Positions 27,176 to 40,455 of a stretch of 64,000 nt of DNA are shown piece after piece. The notes under the pieces were generated by a model. It worked only from the letters and a program-made list of their open reading frames with translations, was not told where the DNA came from and did not search any database. The stretch's first letter is position 1. Every line of letters begins with the position of its first letter. A program made the position numbers and the translations under genes. The DNA is from Octopus sinensis (lineage: Eukaryota). Location: assembly GCF_006345805.1 (NCBI RefSeq), contig NC_043003.1, forward strand, positions 28,210,001 through 28,274,000, in the 5' to 3' direction.

Positions 27176-28766
27176 CTTTATTAAAAAACAGCAAAAATAT
27201 CACAAAACCTGTTACTCGGAGTTTTACGTTCCCGTTCGTCGGACAGATTTTGTGACATTTTTGCTGCTTTTTAATAAAGCATATTACTCTACCTCTGGTA
27301 TTTGAGTACTATTTTTTTCCACCTTGTTTCGCATTAAAGTGCTTACTCAAGTATTTCAAAATGTGACCGCGTGTGTACCGCGTGTACCGTTGGCGATTTT
27401 TTCCCTCCGTCTTCCCTTCTTTGGATCTTTCCTTTTCCCATGTTTCTGACGAAGAGCGCCGCTCGAAACGTTTAACCTTCCTTCTTTCCTTCCTTCCTGA
27501 GCGTCCAACAATACTCTATTTGTTCCACGTCCTCACGTTGTTGTGCTTTCTTTGTGTTTTCATATACAGACATACACACATACATACATACATACATACA
27601 TACATACATACATACATAAAAAAGGAGCACACCGTCGGTTACGACGACGAGGGTCCCAGCTGATACGATCAACGGAACAGCTTGCTCGTGAAATTAACGT
27701 GCAAGTGGCTGAGCACTCCACAGATACGTGTACCCTTAACGTAGTTCGCAAGGAGATTCAGCGTGACACAGCGTGTGACAAGGCCGGCCCTTTGAAATAC
27801 AGGTACTATTCAGTTTTGCCAGCTGAGTGGACTGGAGCAACGTGAAATAAAGTGTCTTGCTCAAGGTCACAACGCGTCGCCAGGTATCGAACTCACGACC
27901 CTACGATCATGAGCCGAATGCCCTAACCACTAAGGCACACGCTCACACACACTCACACATACATACATACAACATACATACATACATACATACATACATA
28001 CATACATACATACATAATACATACATACATACATACATACAAACATACATACATACATATTAAATACATATTAAGTCGAGCTGATTATTTTTCAAGTTAT
28101 TTTGAGAATAAGAGTGGAATAGTTACTGGTGATTCCATTCCCCAGTCGATCATGAAATTTAATATCCAGCCATCCATCCATGCATCCATCCCTCCCTCCA
28201 TCCCTTCCTCCAACCATCCATCCATCCATCTATACACAAACACAGATACATGCATAACTATGTATAAATTTAGAACTACCGTTTCGCACACACCTTAAAA
28301 AACAAAGGTTAAATTTATCCTGAATATCAATTCATTTCAACTTCGTCAGACCGTGTTAAGTGCTTCATTAATGGCGTAGTCACGATGTGTTATGTCGAGT
28401 TTAGGTCAAATAATTTGCTCTCGGGGACATGTTCTCTCATTAGAACTGGTTTTATGCACGGGAGTAGAGTATTGATATATAATTGGCATCAATACTTGGA
28501 TAAAAGAGCAGTCACTGGAGAAAATACGGCAGAGAGTTTTAGAAACGGTTTTATACGCTGTGTGCATGCATGCACGCGCGCGCGTGTGTGTATGGATCTA
28601 TGTTGTTGTGCAAGACCATATATACACAGACACAGACACACAGGCGTACACAGAGATATTTTTATATAAATAAGGATAAGATCGTTATTTAAAATACCGA
28701 TCATATCAAGTGGCCAGCATGGGAATAAAAATCTTAGGGGTATTAATAATTATGTATATATATATT

Positions 28767-29636
28767 CAGAGTGCAATGGGTAGATTGTCGCCATTTTATA
28801 TCTTTAATTTATTGCATGCACATTGTTTTTGATTTTGTTGACTACACAGTATAGTAGGGTCAGTTGGGCAACGTGTGTGAGAAAAACAGCACGATGATGA
28901 ACTAGAGATTTGTAAATCACATGATGTACTGCCTGGCATTCGCGCCGGAAGTTCCAATACGAACAGATGGTGAACGCACAGAACAACCGTTGGCTTACCG
29001 TGTCCCCAAAACATGTACCGAGAGTGGTAAAAATCAAACATCCAGTCAACATCATGGTGTTTGAACTGATCATTAATGATGGCGACGTTATGCCTCCATT
29101 CACCTTCCCACAAGGCCACACACTCAACACGGAGTTCTACATCAAGTGCTTGGAGGAGGTAGCGCTGCCATAAGGGTGGCGGCTGGAAGACTCCATGTCT
29201 GGCAACAGGACTCTGGACCATGTCACTCACACAAGCAGAAGGACCCAGTCAAAGCTCTCAGACAATTTCTGCGACCACATCACCCCTAACATTTGGCCAC
29301 TTATCTCCCCAGACTGCAACCCTCTTGATTATTATATGTGGGATGCAGTTGAGCGAGAGACCAACAAAACTCCTTGAAACATGAAAGATGAACTGAAAGC
29401 AAGGATTATGGCAGTATTCACCAACTGAAACAAGCGTCCAGAAGAGTTGCTGGAGATTCCGAAATCGTCTGGAGATTGTGATTGAAGCCAATGGCGATTT
29501 TTTGAATAAATTTAATCTTTTTTTTATATTTCAAAATATATCTATATAATTTTGGTAAATATATCTGTTACAATGAGACATCAGTGTTATTTTCATTTTT
29601 GCGTAATTTAGACAACAATATATTCACCACAAGTTG
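28767..29636 (+). mobile_element. maT-type Tc1/mariner copy 3 (opposite orientation, deleted and frameshifted)
   Basis: NAQNNRWL..KHPVNIMVF; QQD-S-G-P-C-H...WPLISPDCNPLD gives D-37-D after correcting a 2-nt insertion; degenerate TIRs. Confidence 0.88.
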
Positions 29637-30358
29637 TATATTTTGTATATATGAATTTTCTCTGCAAACTTTTATTTTATGCTTTATAATTCGCAGTTTT
29701 CAGTTATAATACAGAAAACTCGAGGTTGTGGAGAAAATTCACAAAGAAAGGAAATATTTGGCGGAAATTATTGTCAGTGGGTGGTTTAGCTTAATGGTAA
29801 AGTATTCAACTAGTATCTGAAGGTTGCGAGTTCGAGTTACAACTTTTTTTTCTTCGTCATATAAGGGTAAAATACCCAATTCTTTTGCTGTTTTCATGGC
29901 TATGCTGCGTTCGAAATATTACTTTCTTGTCTATATGATATGATATGATATATACATATATATTGATAAAAATGGTAAGACAACAAAAGAATGAAAGAGA
30001 CCTCGATATTATGTAAATAGAGGAAGATTTATCCGCTCGGGGTGAGGAGACTAGAGGAATTTATTTATAAAAGTAATATGTGACAATTATTCGGTAGCTA
30101 TGATAAAACTCCTCGGCATCCGAAACTCGGAGTTTTATCAGGGGTACCGAATAATTGTCGCATAATACTTTTATATATATATATATTTGTTTTAGTCATT
30201 TTACTGAGGCCATGCTGCAGCACCGCCTTTAGTCCAACAAATTGACCCTAGAACTTATTCTATCGGTCTCGTTTGTCGAACCGCCAGGTTATGGAGACGT
30301 AAGCACACCAACATCGGTTGTCAAGCGATGGTGGGAGAACAAGCACAGACCCACAAAC

Positions 30359-30435
<77 letters not shown>

Positions 30436-30551
30436 ACATATAAAGGATGGTCATAATAGGACATCCGACTCACTAGAAAGAGCATCCAAACTTCAAACCA
30501 CTAATAGTTGTAATTATGAAATGGAAAGAGAAATAAAAACGTTTACCCTCT

Positions 30552-30641
30552 CCTTTCTGGACTATGCATAGTTTCGGCAATCTTTTGTAAATAAATTAAT
30601 TTAATTTATTTACCACTGGCGTTGCCTCGTCATCAGAAAAG
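30552..30641 (-). ncRNA. Hammerhead ribozyme, left arm, core variant C3>A (probably impaired)
   Basis: Mirror of 30893-30986 but reads ATGACGA; + strand has t at 30633 where g is expected. Confidence 0.72.
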
Positions 30642-30892
30642 CCAAGGACTAACATATATCCACGAGGCGATGATAAACATGCCTCGAGTCTATATGCTAT
30701 AAATTTTCAAAATCCACCACGCTCGCGCGGTTTACTCAGCAGTAAATATAAACTGCCGATTTAATTTCAAAATTAGCCAAAAAATCATTAATTAATGAGT
30801 AAACCGCGCGAGCGTGGTGGATTTTGAAAATTTATAGCATATAGACTCGAGGCATGTTTATCATCGCCTCGTGGATATATGTTAGTCCTTGG

Positions 30893-30986
30893 CTTTTCTG
30901 CTGACGAGGCAACGCCAGTGGTAAATAAATGAATTGAATTTATTTATTTACAAAAGATTGCCGAAACTATGCATAGTCCAGAAAGG
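30893..30986 (+). ncRNA. Type I hammerhead ribozyme, right arm, intact core
   Basis: CTTTTCTG-CTGACGA-GGCAA(...)TTGCC-GAAA-C TATGCATA G-TC|CAGAAAGG; 8-bp stem I, palindromic stem III ACTATGCATAGT, GUC site, predicted cleavage after 30978. Confidence 0.87.
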
Positions 30987-32680
30987 AGAAGGTAAACGTT
31001 TTTATTTCTCTTTCCATTTTATAATTACAACTATTAGTGGTTTGGAGTTTGGCTGCTCTTTCTAGTGAGTCGGATGTCCTATTATGGCCATCCCTTATAT
31101 GTTTGAATGTATATTATATAGTCTATTGACTATTTTTTCTTTCTCACTTGACCGCTGGTAGCGGAGAATTTTTCTAGAATTTTTTGCTACCCTAAAATTT
31201 ATTAATATATATATATATATGTATGTATGTATATATATATATCCCACAGCAGACATTCACACGCACATATATGTATATATACCCACACAAATACACACAA
31301 CATACATATTTGAGTAATATGAACTGAAAAACTGAAAAAATGTCTATGAAAATTAGTTAAGGAAAACCGTTGAGATTTAACAAAGATTGTATCCAGAATA
31401 CATGTACTCTCATTAATTAGTCCAGAATTTGTACATTCAAATTAATTAGATACAAGACAAAGCTATACGAAAAACAGAAAAAGGAAAACAAAAATGTAGA
31501 TAGCGTTGTCGTTAAACCAAAACAGTGAAAACATACAGCAGACGATAAACGCAGATGTTATCGCCATCTTGTTTTTCTCCAACGTAATTTTCAGATAGTC
31601 ATCGCAGTGTTCCGTTATGTGAGAGTTTCTGGTATGACAATACAGGCGTTTTAGCTTCAGCTCCTGCCAGATAACGTCTGCAATTGTGTGTTAGCATTAT
31701 TTTGTTTTCTAACTCTCATAAACAATAATCCCAGATACCCGTTCGGAACCCTGGCCGTCTGGATGAGTTGAGAAGTAATGGAAAGATTAGATACAGGCAT
31801 GAAATAATGCTTTCTGATTTGGGAACAAGGCCAACGATTATGATAAAATGGTTTTAGTTGATTATCAACTGTCAGTACTTGGGTGGTACTTTGTTTTATC
31901 GACACCAAAGGGATGAAAGATAATGTTGGCCGTGGCAAGATTTGAAATCAGAACGTAAAAGCCTGAATAAATATCGTAAGCACATTTCTTCCTATGTGCT
32001 AATGATTCTGCTAGCTCACTGACTTTCTTTTCAAATTTTGGCACAAGGTAAGTAATTTTCAGTGGGAGAAGTTAGTCGATTATATCAACTGCAGTACTTA
32101 ACTGGTACTTTATCGAATCCGAAAAAATGAAAAGTTGACCTCGGCGGGATTTGAACTTAGAGCATTAAAGAGTCGGAATAAATGCGCAAAGTAATTTTCC
32201 AGTGCTCTAACAATTCTGCAATCTCACTCTTTTTTTCTGATTTAAGTAGACTAGACCAGTAATTTTAAAGGAAGGGTTTAGTCATTTACATCGACTCTTC
32301 TATTTGTTTGGTACATTTGTTTTATATTATCCCCAAATAAATTAAAGGCAAAGTTGATCTTAGCAGGATTTGAACTCTGAACGTAAAGATCTAACAGAAA
32401 TACCACAAAGCATTTCCTTGATGCTTTAACGATTCTGCTTGTCATCACCTTTAGCAATTCTAAGTTAAAAAGTTAGACGTTTTCATTAAACCTGGTATTT
32501 GATTGAGACCTTATTTTACCGAGACCTGGAAACATGAAAGGTAAAATTGACCTTTGCGAGATTTGAACTCAGAAAGTAAGAGTTGGAAGGAAGAAATATA
32601 CGTACAAATTAATAATAACTTGAAATTCCAGAAGAAGAAAAAAACTGTTTATCTTATGTGAAACACATGAATAGGCTTAC

Positions 32681-32790
32681 CTGAAATATTCAAAAGCAAA
32701 GACAGACAGAACACAACCAAGAATGGATAATGCACCACCGATATAAGAAATGAATGACAAAGCAATCTGGTGTCTGTCGTCGATTTTTTC
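32681..32790 (-). CDS. aGPCR exon 8 (stalk-TM1): EKIDDRHQIALSFISYIGGALSILGCVLSVFAFEYF(R)
   Basis: tttttcag|GAA...AG|gtaagc; 110 nt, phase 0/2. Confidence 0.95.
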
Positions 32791-33464
32791 CTGAAAAATA
32801 AACGATGAAAGATGTAACAACATTAACAAGACATCTCTGCTTACTTTTCTTGTCTTTAATTTTTTTTCCTCAAGCGGCTCCTGCTACCTAAAATCATTTT
32901 TGATAATTTTCCTAATGATAATGATATATAGATTAAGTCCATATTCCAGTTTTCGGTAGCCTAAATTTGAAGGGAGATGAAATTCCCTTCATCGGGATAG
33001 AACGCTGATTTACTGCATATAGTTTATCATCACGTGAACCCAGCATTGCAAAACAAGGAAATAATCGTCCGAGGATGATTATTTTTTTGTTTTAGTTCAG
33101 TATTTGACCATGTGATTTGTATAATTCATATTTAAAACCTGTTCATTGATCTAAAAACATAAAAAGGAAGGCGTGAAATTTAACTGTCAGTGTTTCAATC
33201 TCGCCTTGCTCGATGGAAAACAGAATCTGGATTATTGATACGACCAAAAGCTGCGATCAATTATGAACGTAAAATAAAAAGGACTAAATCACTAACATTG
33301 CAGTTTTTGAGAATGCTCAAGCCAACCGCATTGGCAGGGCTTTATTATAACCCTAGAGGGATTTTATCCTTGGAGGGCTTTACAGTAGAAAGACCTCTGC
33401 TAAAGGAACTTACGGCGGTATGATGTGTCTAACAGATAATAAAAGTGACAACAGTTTAACTTAC

Positions 33465-33588
33465 ACCAATTCCGTGGACGTCCATCAAGAGGGCGAAATT
33501 GGTCATATGGTAGCAATGACATTCTGTATAGCCGGCCGTCTTCTTGGCTAAATAGCAACCCTTGTATTGCCAACGGTCAAAGCGGTTA
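33465..33588 (-). CDS. aGPCR exon 7 (GPS + Stachel): NRFDRWQYKGCYLAKKTAGYTECHCYHMTNFALLMDVHGIG
   Basis: tattgacag|T AAC...GGT|gtaagt; 124 nt, phase 2/0; W..GC..CxCxH-M|TNFALLM. Confidence 0.96.
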
Positions 33589-33804
33589 CTGTCAATAGAG
33601 AAAGATATAATCTTGTTAGAGGATGGCTGCTAGAGAATCGTTTCGTGCAGTGGAGATGTAGCCTAGTAAGTTTCAATAAAGCGCCTAATGTTTCCAAGCT
33701 CGAAGATTGCTTGGAGACATAAGGCGTGTTATTAAAACTTGCCTGGACTACATCTCCAATGCCTGCAACTATTAGTAGCTTGGAAAGGTATACTGTGTAT
33801 ACAG

Positions 33805-33886
<82 letters not shown>

Positions 33887-34005
33887 TACATACAAACATA
33901 CAGGACAATTACAACGAATACAGAAATTAGAAGTCTTGCATCATATTTTTTATCTTTACAGCCAGTTCTGGATAATTTATCCCTATTTATTCATTATATA
34001 TATAT

Positions 34006-34104
<99 letters not shown>

Positions 34105-36025
34105 GAGACAGAGATGCATAAATAGACATATATACATATAGATAGAGGTTACAGGCATATATAGATATCTAAATCCTGGAAAGAGAAATGGTTAAATGGC
34201 ATGATGAAGCGGAATGGAATCGCGATGCTTTACAGCAGTAAAAGGTTGGAGTGAAACGAAAGTGCACCAAAATAGTTCCATGTTTATCGGTGATCTTTTT
34301 GATGTACTTTTTATCGCGTGTGAGTTGGTCAATTGGAAATTCCGTGAACAGTTCTCAAATGAATTGTTTTATCTGTAAACTCTTGTAAATTGGTCAACTG
34401 TTTTCTCGGTCAACAGTAACTGGTCAACGCTGTTTGGTGAGCTATTTAATCAAGGAACTCTATTGGCTAAATGCTATTTCGGTCTCCTCTGCTAAACTTC
34501 TGCTTCGGTTAATTGTTATTTCGATGAATTGCTGTTTCATTCAGTTGTGGTTAGCTTGTTGATTACTATTTCGATCGTCTGTGATCAATTAGTAAATTGT
34601 TATTGCAGCCAACTGTGGTCAGTTGGTTAATTATCTCGGTCAACTGTAGTCAGTAGACTAAATGCTATAACACTTAACTGGTCAGTTATCAAGAGTTTGA
34701 TTAACTGTTTTATAAGTGAAATGTTACGGGTCGGTCAGCTTGAATTCGGTTAAACGCTTTCAAGGAATATCGTTTTAGAAGGAAACTGTCAGTTAGCCAT
34801 ATGTTACCTTGAGTAACAGTGGTCAGTCATCAAAGCAATATATCCGCTTGGTCAACTGTCCCCGCCGACAATTCTTTATGAGGGCTTGTTTTATCGGTGA
34901 ACTGTCCTGAGTTGGTTGTTTGTGAATTGCATTATATATATAACTGGGCCATCTTAAGAGTATTTTGGCCCCCGGGAAAATCAGTGCACTGGAGTCCCGT
35001 AGTATTTAGTTTTGGACAGCTCAATCCAACCGCATTGAAGCCACCGTCCGTCAGACATAGAACTGGTCATGCACGCTGTGTGAAACAACAGGGGTTTCTG
35101 TGTTAGATCCTTTACTGCGAACTCAGCATCGGCAAAAGACCCTATCGTTATCCTCAGTGACGTTACAGATTAACTTAAACATACTATGAAGAAAATCGAC
35201 ATCAAAGTCACAGTATAAACAGATTAACATTAGGCCCCAACATCCGTGAGGTTCCTGGACAACTATCCAATGTACCCATGTCATAAGACGGTACCGAACT
35301 GTTGTTGGTAATTTATTTTAATGAACTGTTTAGTTAAATAATATTAAGCTGACGTGAAACACTGAATAGTAAATACCTTTAGATGCGATTAGTCAATATT
35401 CATAAATGGATCGTTCTGAAACAGTCAGCTGTGAATTAGGTGAATCACAGCAGAGCCGTCTTAATAGTATTATAGGCCTCCGAGGAAAGTAGTACACTAG
35501 ACAAAACTGGGACCTCAGTTTTTCTTCTTGGACAGAAAGACACAGCATAGATAGGTAAGCATTAAGCCCCTACACCTGTGTGTGAGAGCTTCTGGACAAC
35601 TGCCCTGTGTGCCCATGTTGTAAGACGGTATCGAAGTATGATTGCTCAAGATTGTTTAATGAACAGTTTTAGTAGTGAACTGATGTAAGTTGGTCCGCGA
35701 TGAATTTCGTGGAATGTGTTTAATCCAATTGATTGATAAGCCGTTCTGAAGTGGCCATTTGTGAATTTGATTAGCTGTGGTCAGTCAACAACGTTTGACC
35801 GACTGTTTGACTAGTCAGTCGGTCACATGTTATCGGTAACCTTGAATCACTTGGTCAGAGGTTGACGCAGACAACAGCGGAAAATAGGTGACTGACCAGT
35901 AGCTAATGCGTTGGTAACAGTGTTGACTAACAAAAGATATAGTAAAAGATGGTGGTGGTGGAGAAGTTAGTAAAGATAAGCAGATGTGACTTGTTAGTAA
36001 TGACAGCCATATAAGAAGAAGCATA

Positions 36026-36103
<78 letters not shown>

Positions 36104-36644
36104 GCATGAGAGAGGAGGGGATGCTATCAAAGTGACACGGGGATAAAATATACGAAGCCCAATGTACCCATCATGAATAACCGTCTGATAAAGGTACGCC
36201 AGGCACATACATCACAACCATATGTGCACGAAATGGTGATCTCATATCAAAATAAACAGTGCATGACCTTGCAGGTGGGGCCCAGTTACAAGTTTCTTCA
36301 GATCGAGTGGCTCATCCCGCTCAAAAGGTCCCTGAATAAGGACTGTTTAAGGATGTTGAACGAACTTCCCATGTTTCCAAAAGACGAATTGTCCAAAGCT
36401 CTAAGAATTCCTTTCAACACACAGCTATGATGCTCTCCCACTGCTTCTGCTCATGATCAGAGATGCACATATCGTCAGCCACTATGGGACATGCTCAACT
36501 GGTTAAAGTCAAACAAGTGACTAGCAAATCTGTGGTATTGAGCAGAATATTTGCTGTAGCCTATCTTTTATACCAAGACAAAACAATGTACATGATAACA
36601 CTTCCAATCATGTGTTATGTTTATTATCATCATCATCATCATCA

Positions 36645-36816
<172 letters not shown>

Positions 36817-37170
36817 TAATAGCAGCAGCAAAGGAGCACAACAGCAGCATCAAACACCAGTAAAAGCAGTAGCAGCGACAACAGTAGCAGAAGCAGCAGC
36901 AGCAGCAGCAGCAGCAATAGTCTAGATGACATCATCATCCTCATCATCTTCATCATCACTACCATCATCATTATCATCATCATTACCATCATCACCACCA
37001 ATCACTTAACTCTAAGCAGCTGCAGTTGATGCTGTAGTACACTAGTAGAAGCAGTAGCGGTGTTAGTGAGGCAGTGTCAACAGTAGCAGTTGCAGTAGAG
37101 GCTGTAGTGGTAGAATTAGTAGGTTAGTGTTAGCGTTGGAGTAGACGCTATAGTTGATCATGGGACTTAC

Positions 37171-37229
37171 GTAGCGTTCATGTTCATAAAGACACAGGAT
37201 TCGTTGAAATTGCCGCGTATATTTTCGTC
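37171..37229 (-). CDS. aGPCR exon 6 (GPS start): DENIRGNFNESCVFMNMNA(T)
   Basis: caaccgtag|GAC...AC|gtaagt; 59 nt, phase 0/2. Confidence 0.88.
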
Positions 37230-37313
37230 CTACGGTTGAGAATAGAGTACAACGTTAACAACAACAACAACACCAACAACAACATCATCATCAACAACAG
37301 CAACATCAACAAG

Positions 37314-37344
<31 letters not shown>

Positions 37345-37562
37345 TCATCATCAACAACAACAAGAACATCAATAACAACAACAATGACAACAATATATAA
37401 TACATGTAAAACATGTATTATAAAACACCGGCAACTGGGAGTTGAGTGATACGGCAGAGCGAATCAACAGAGAGAGGGGGAGAGAGAGAGAGAGAGAGAG
37501 GGAAAGAGAGAGTAAAGAGAGATGGAGAGAGAGAAAGGGGAGAGTGAAAGAAGAAGAAGATG

Positions 37563-37617
<55 letters not shown>

Positions 37618-37859
37618 ATAGTTGCTCAGACAGCAAAATATAACAATCAAATCGTCAAATTAAATCTTCAAATGATATCTAACAAAGGAAGGGCCATGTC
37701 AGGCCATGTAATAATTGGGACTTATGTCTGAAAAGAAAGAAAGAAACAAACAAGAAACAAAACAAACGGGCAAACAGGAATTTGGATCATCATCGTTGGA
37801 TCACTTTTCTATTATAAATTCGCCGAATCCGGGTTGACTTAGCGAAGGCGGAGGTATTG

Positions 37860-37907
<48 letters not shown>

Positions 37908-38572
37908 TAATAATAATAATAATAAATATGAGATCACCATGTCGCGCACATATGGTTGTGATGCATGTGCCTGGTGTACCCTTATCAGACAGGTAGTCAT
38001 GATGGGTATATTGGGCTTCGTATATTTTACCCCAGTGTCACTTTGATGGCATGAACTGCTCTCTCACTTAATAATAATAATATAATAATAATAATAATAA
38101 TAATGTTTTCTTTATTAACCATTAAGAGTTCATAAAACTCCTTGGGGCAATACAGGACGAAGGAATGGGAGGTTTCAAAGAAGGCGTGTAAATATGATAA
38201 TCCTTTCTACTGTAAGTACAAGGCCTGAAATTTTATGGGAAGGGTTACGTCTATTACATCGAATCCAGTGCTCAGCTGGTACTTATTTTATCGATACCCG
38301 GGAGTAAATTCGACCTCAGCGGGATCTGAACTCAGAGCCGGAACAAATACCGCAAAGCAGTTTATCAGACGCTCTAGCGACATCCTCAGAAACATCAATA
38401 ACAACAACAACGACGACAACGATGATGACGACGACGACGACGACGACGACGACAACAACAACACAACAACAACAACAACAACATAAATGTACAGTAATAC
38501 ACAAAAAGGATATGGTAACAATTTTGCAATGATTATGAAGACTGTCATGAAAATCAAAAGACGCCATCTTAC

Positions 38573-38696
38573 CTTTAGTTGAAAGACAAGGATGATCGGG
38601 GAAGAGAGGCGTTGAAACTTACTCCTGGCCACACCGACGACACTGCTCGTGATGACGTCAGAGTTGATAATCCGTGTGTCGTTCAACGAATTCGGT
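38573..38696 (-). CDS. aGPCR exon 5 (GAIN subdomain B): PNSLNDTRIINSDVITSSVVGVARSKFQRLSSPIILVFQLK
   Basis: ccttacaaag|A CCG...AAG|gtaaga; 124 nt, phase 2/0; INSxVI and PIxLxF motifs. Confidence 0.9.
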
Positions 38697-40385
38697 CTTT
38701 GTAAGGATTAGATCGGAAATGAGAATAAGAAATTATGATAAATGACAATCTGTCAGGGCCGTCTTTGCAGCATTATAGATCCCCACTCCCGCCAGGCAAA
38801 TCAAATGCACTGGGCCCTATACTATTTATTTATTGGCAGTAAACCACAGCACATATAGATCAGAATTGGGCCTCCTAGATCAGTGAGGTTCATGGGTAGC
38901 TCCTTAATGTACCCACGCCTTAAGTCAGTACTGCGTTCCATTATGCGATTGCTGAACATTCTTATATTCAAACATTTCAATTATCTTCTGCTACATTTAT
39001 CTGAATTAATGACGGTGCTTCTTCGTCATCCACGGCCTGGAAAAACCCCCAGCAAAATTTCCCTTAAATCTCACCTTGTTTATTAATTATTTTAAATCCG
39101 GGTGGGAGGCAGCATTACGTAACCTGTTACAGAACCTCCCAGACTGGTGGAAGGGAGAGGGGAGGATCTCTTCCAACTGAAAACCTGAACCTGAATGCTT
39201 GCAATAGGCTAGAGTCCGTTAAAGTTACTCGAGGCACCAGCTAATGGCGTTAAGCCGGGTTAAATTTACTATCCAAGAAGGCTACGGCGGGATCTGAACT
39301 CAGAAAATAAAGAGTTGGAACAAACATCTCAAGACGTCCGGTCCAAAGTTCTTACTGTTCCTTGGATTAATACCTTTTTATCGACCCCTAAAGAAAAGCT
39401 GGCCTTTGTGGGATTTAAACTCTGAGCTTAGATTGTCGGAACAAATACGACAATGCATTCTGTTTGAATCTCTAACGACTCTGCCAATTCACTTCAGGAA
39501 AGGACCCTGAATAACTTGGTCCGGACGATCTCGACGTGAACACTGTCGATAACTGCTCAATCTGCCAGAACCAATCTAGGGCTAAGTATCATCATCAACA
39601 TCAACAACAACAATAACAGCAATATACTCAATCAACAATGATAAGTACAGTTAGTGGATTTGCTCCATACGCTCAACTCACAATAATATGAAAATGTAAG
39701 GGTATATCTTTTTTCCCATCTCCGATGAGATTCAACTTTAAAATGCTTCTAATTATACTAATTAATTTCTAGTCTTGAATCGAAACAGCTCTCAGAGATG
39801 ATGTCTAATTTTGTAATTGATAAATAATTAATTTATCTCTATTTTCTTAAAATTATATATATACATATACAGCGATGTGTAGCAATATCTGATAGCCTGG
39901 TTGGTCACTGTGATCACTGTGTGTGATATATGTATAAATATGTGTGTGTGTATATATATATATGTATATCTGTACGCACGTATGTTTATATGTATGTATG
40001 AATGTATGCATGTACACACACACACACACACAAATATATATATGCATACATGCATACATACGTATGTGCATACATACATACACACACATACAGATATATC
40101 GCTCATCGCTATTGCATCCATTACCGCCAACTGTACAATGACAACTGTCACCGTTATCATTCATCATTTCAATCACCACCAGTATCACTACTATCATCAT
40201 CAGCACCATCATCTCCATCATCCCCACGTTCATCATCATTACAACAAAGAGACAAAGCCTCAAAAGCTAAAGATATCCATCAATCCATCCATACATGCAT
40301 ACATACATGCGCACACACATACACATAAAAACACCCCCCACCACCACCACACACACGTTGAGAAAGAGTAAAATGCTTTCGTTAC

Positions 40386-40455
40386 CTGTCTTGTTTAAAT
40401 GACAATATTTGACCGATTGATGTAAAACGTGCGTTGAACAATCCAACAGGGCGAC
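40386..40455 (-). CDS. aGPCR exon 4 (GAIN B): (G)RPVGLFNARFTSIGQILSFKQD(R)
   Basis: cttccttag|GT...AG|gtaacg; 70 nt, phase 1/2. Confidence 0.85.

Larger units (their letters stand above)
30431..31107. repeat. 677-bp fold-back (about 310-bp inverted arms, 57-bp spacer) inserted in (TA)n; Penelope-pLTR-like
   Basis: 30431-30738 is the reverse complement of 30796-31107 at high identity by eye; each arm carries a hammerhead motif. Confidence 0.92.

Noticed and set aside
31495-31570. Minus-strand aagATGGCG with a hydrophobic peptide, suggesting the first exon of a nested gene
   Set aside because: Short, and no supporting downstream exons were identified
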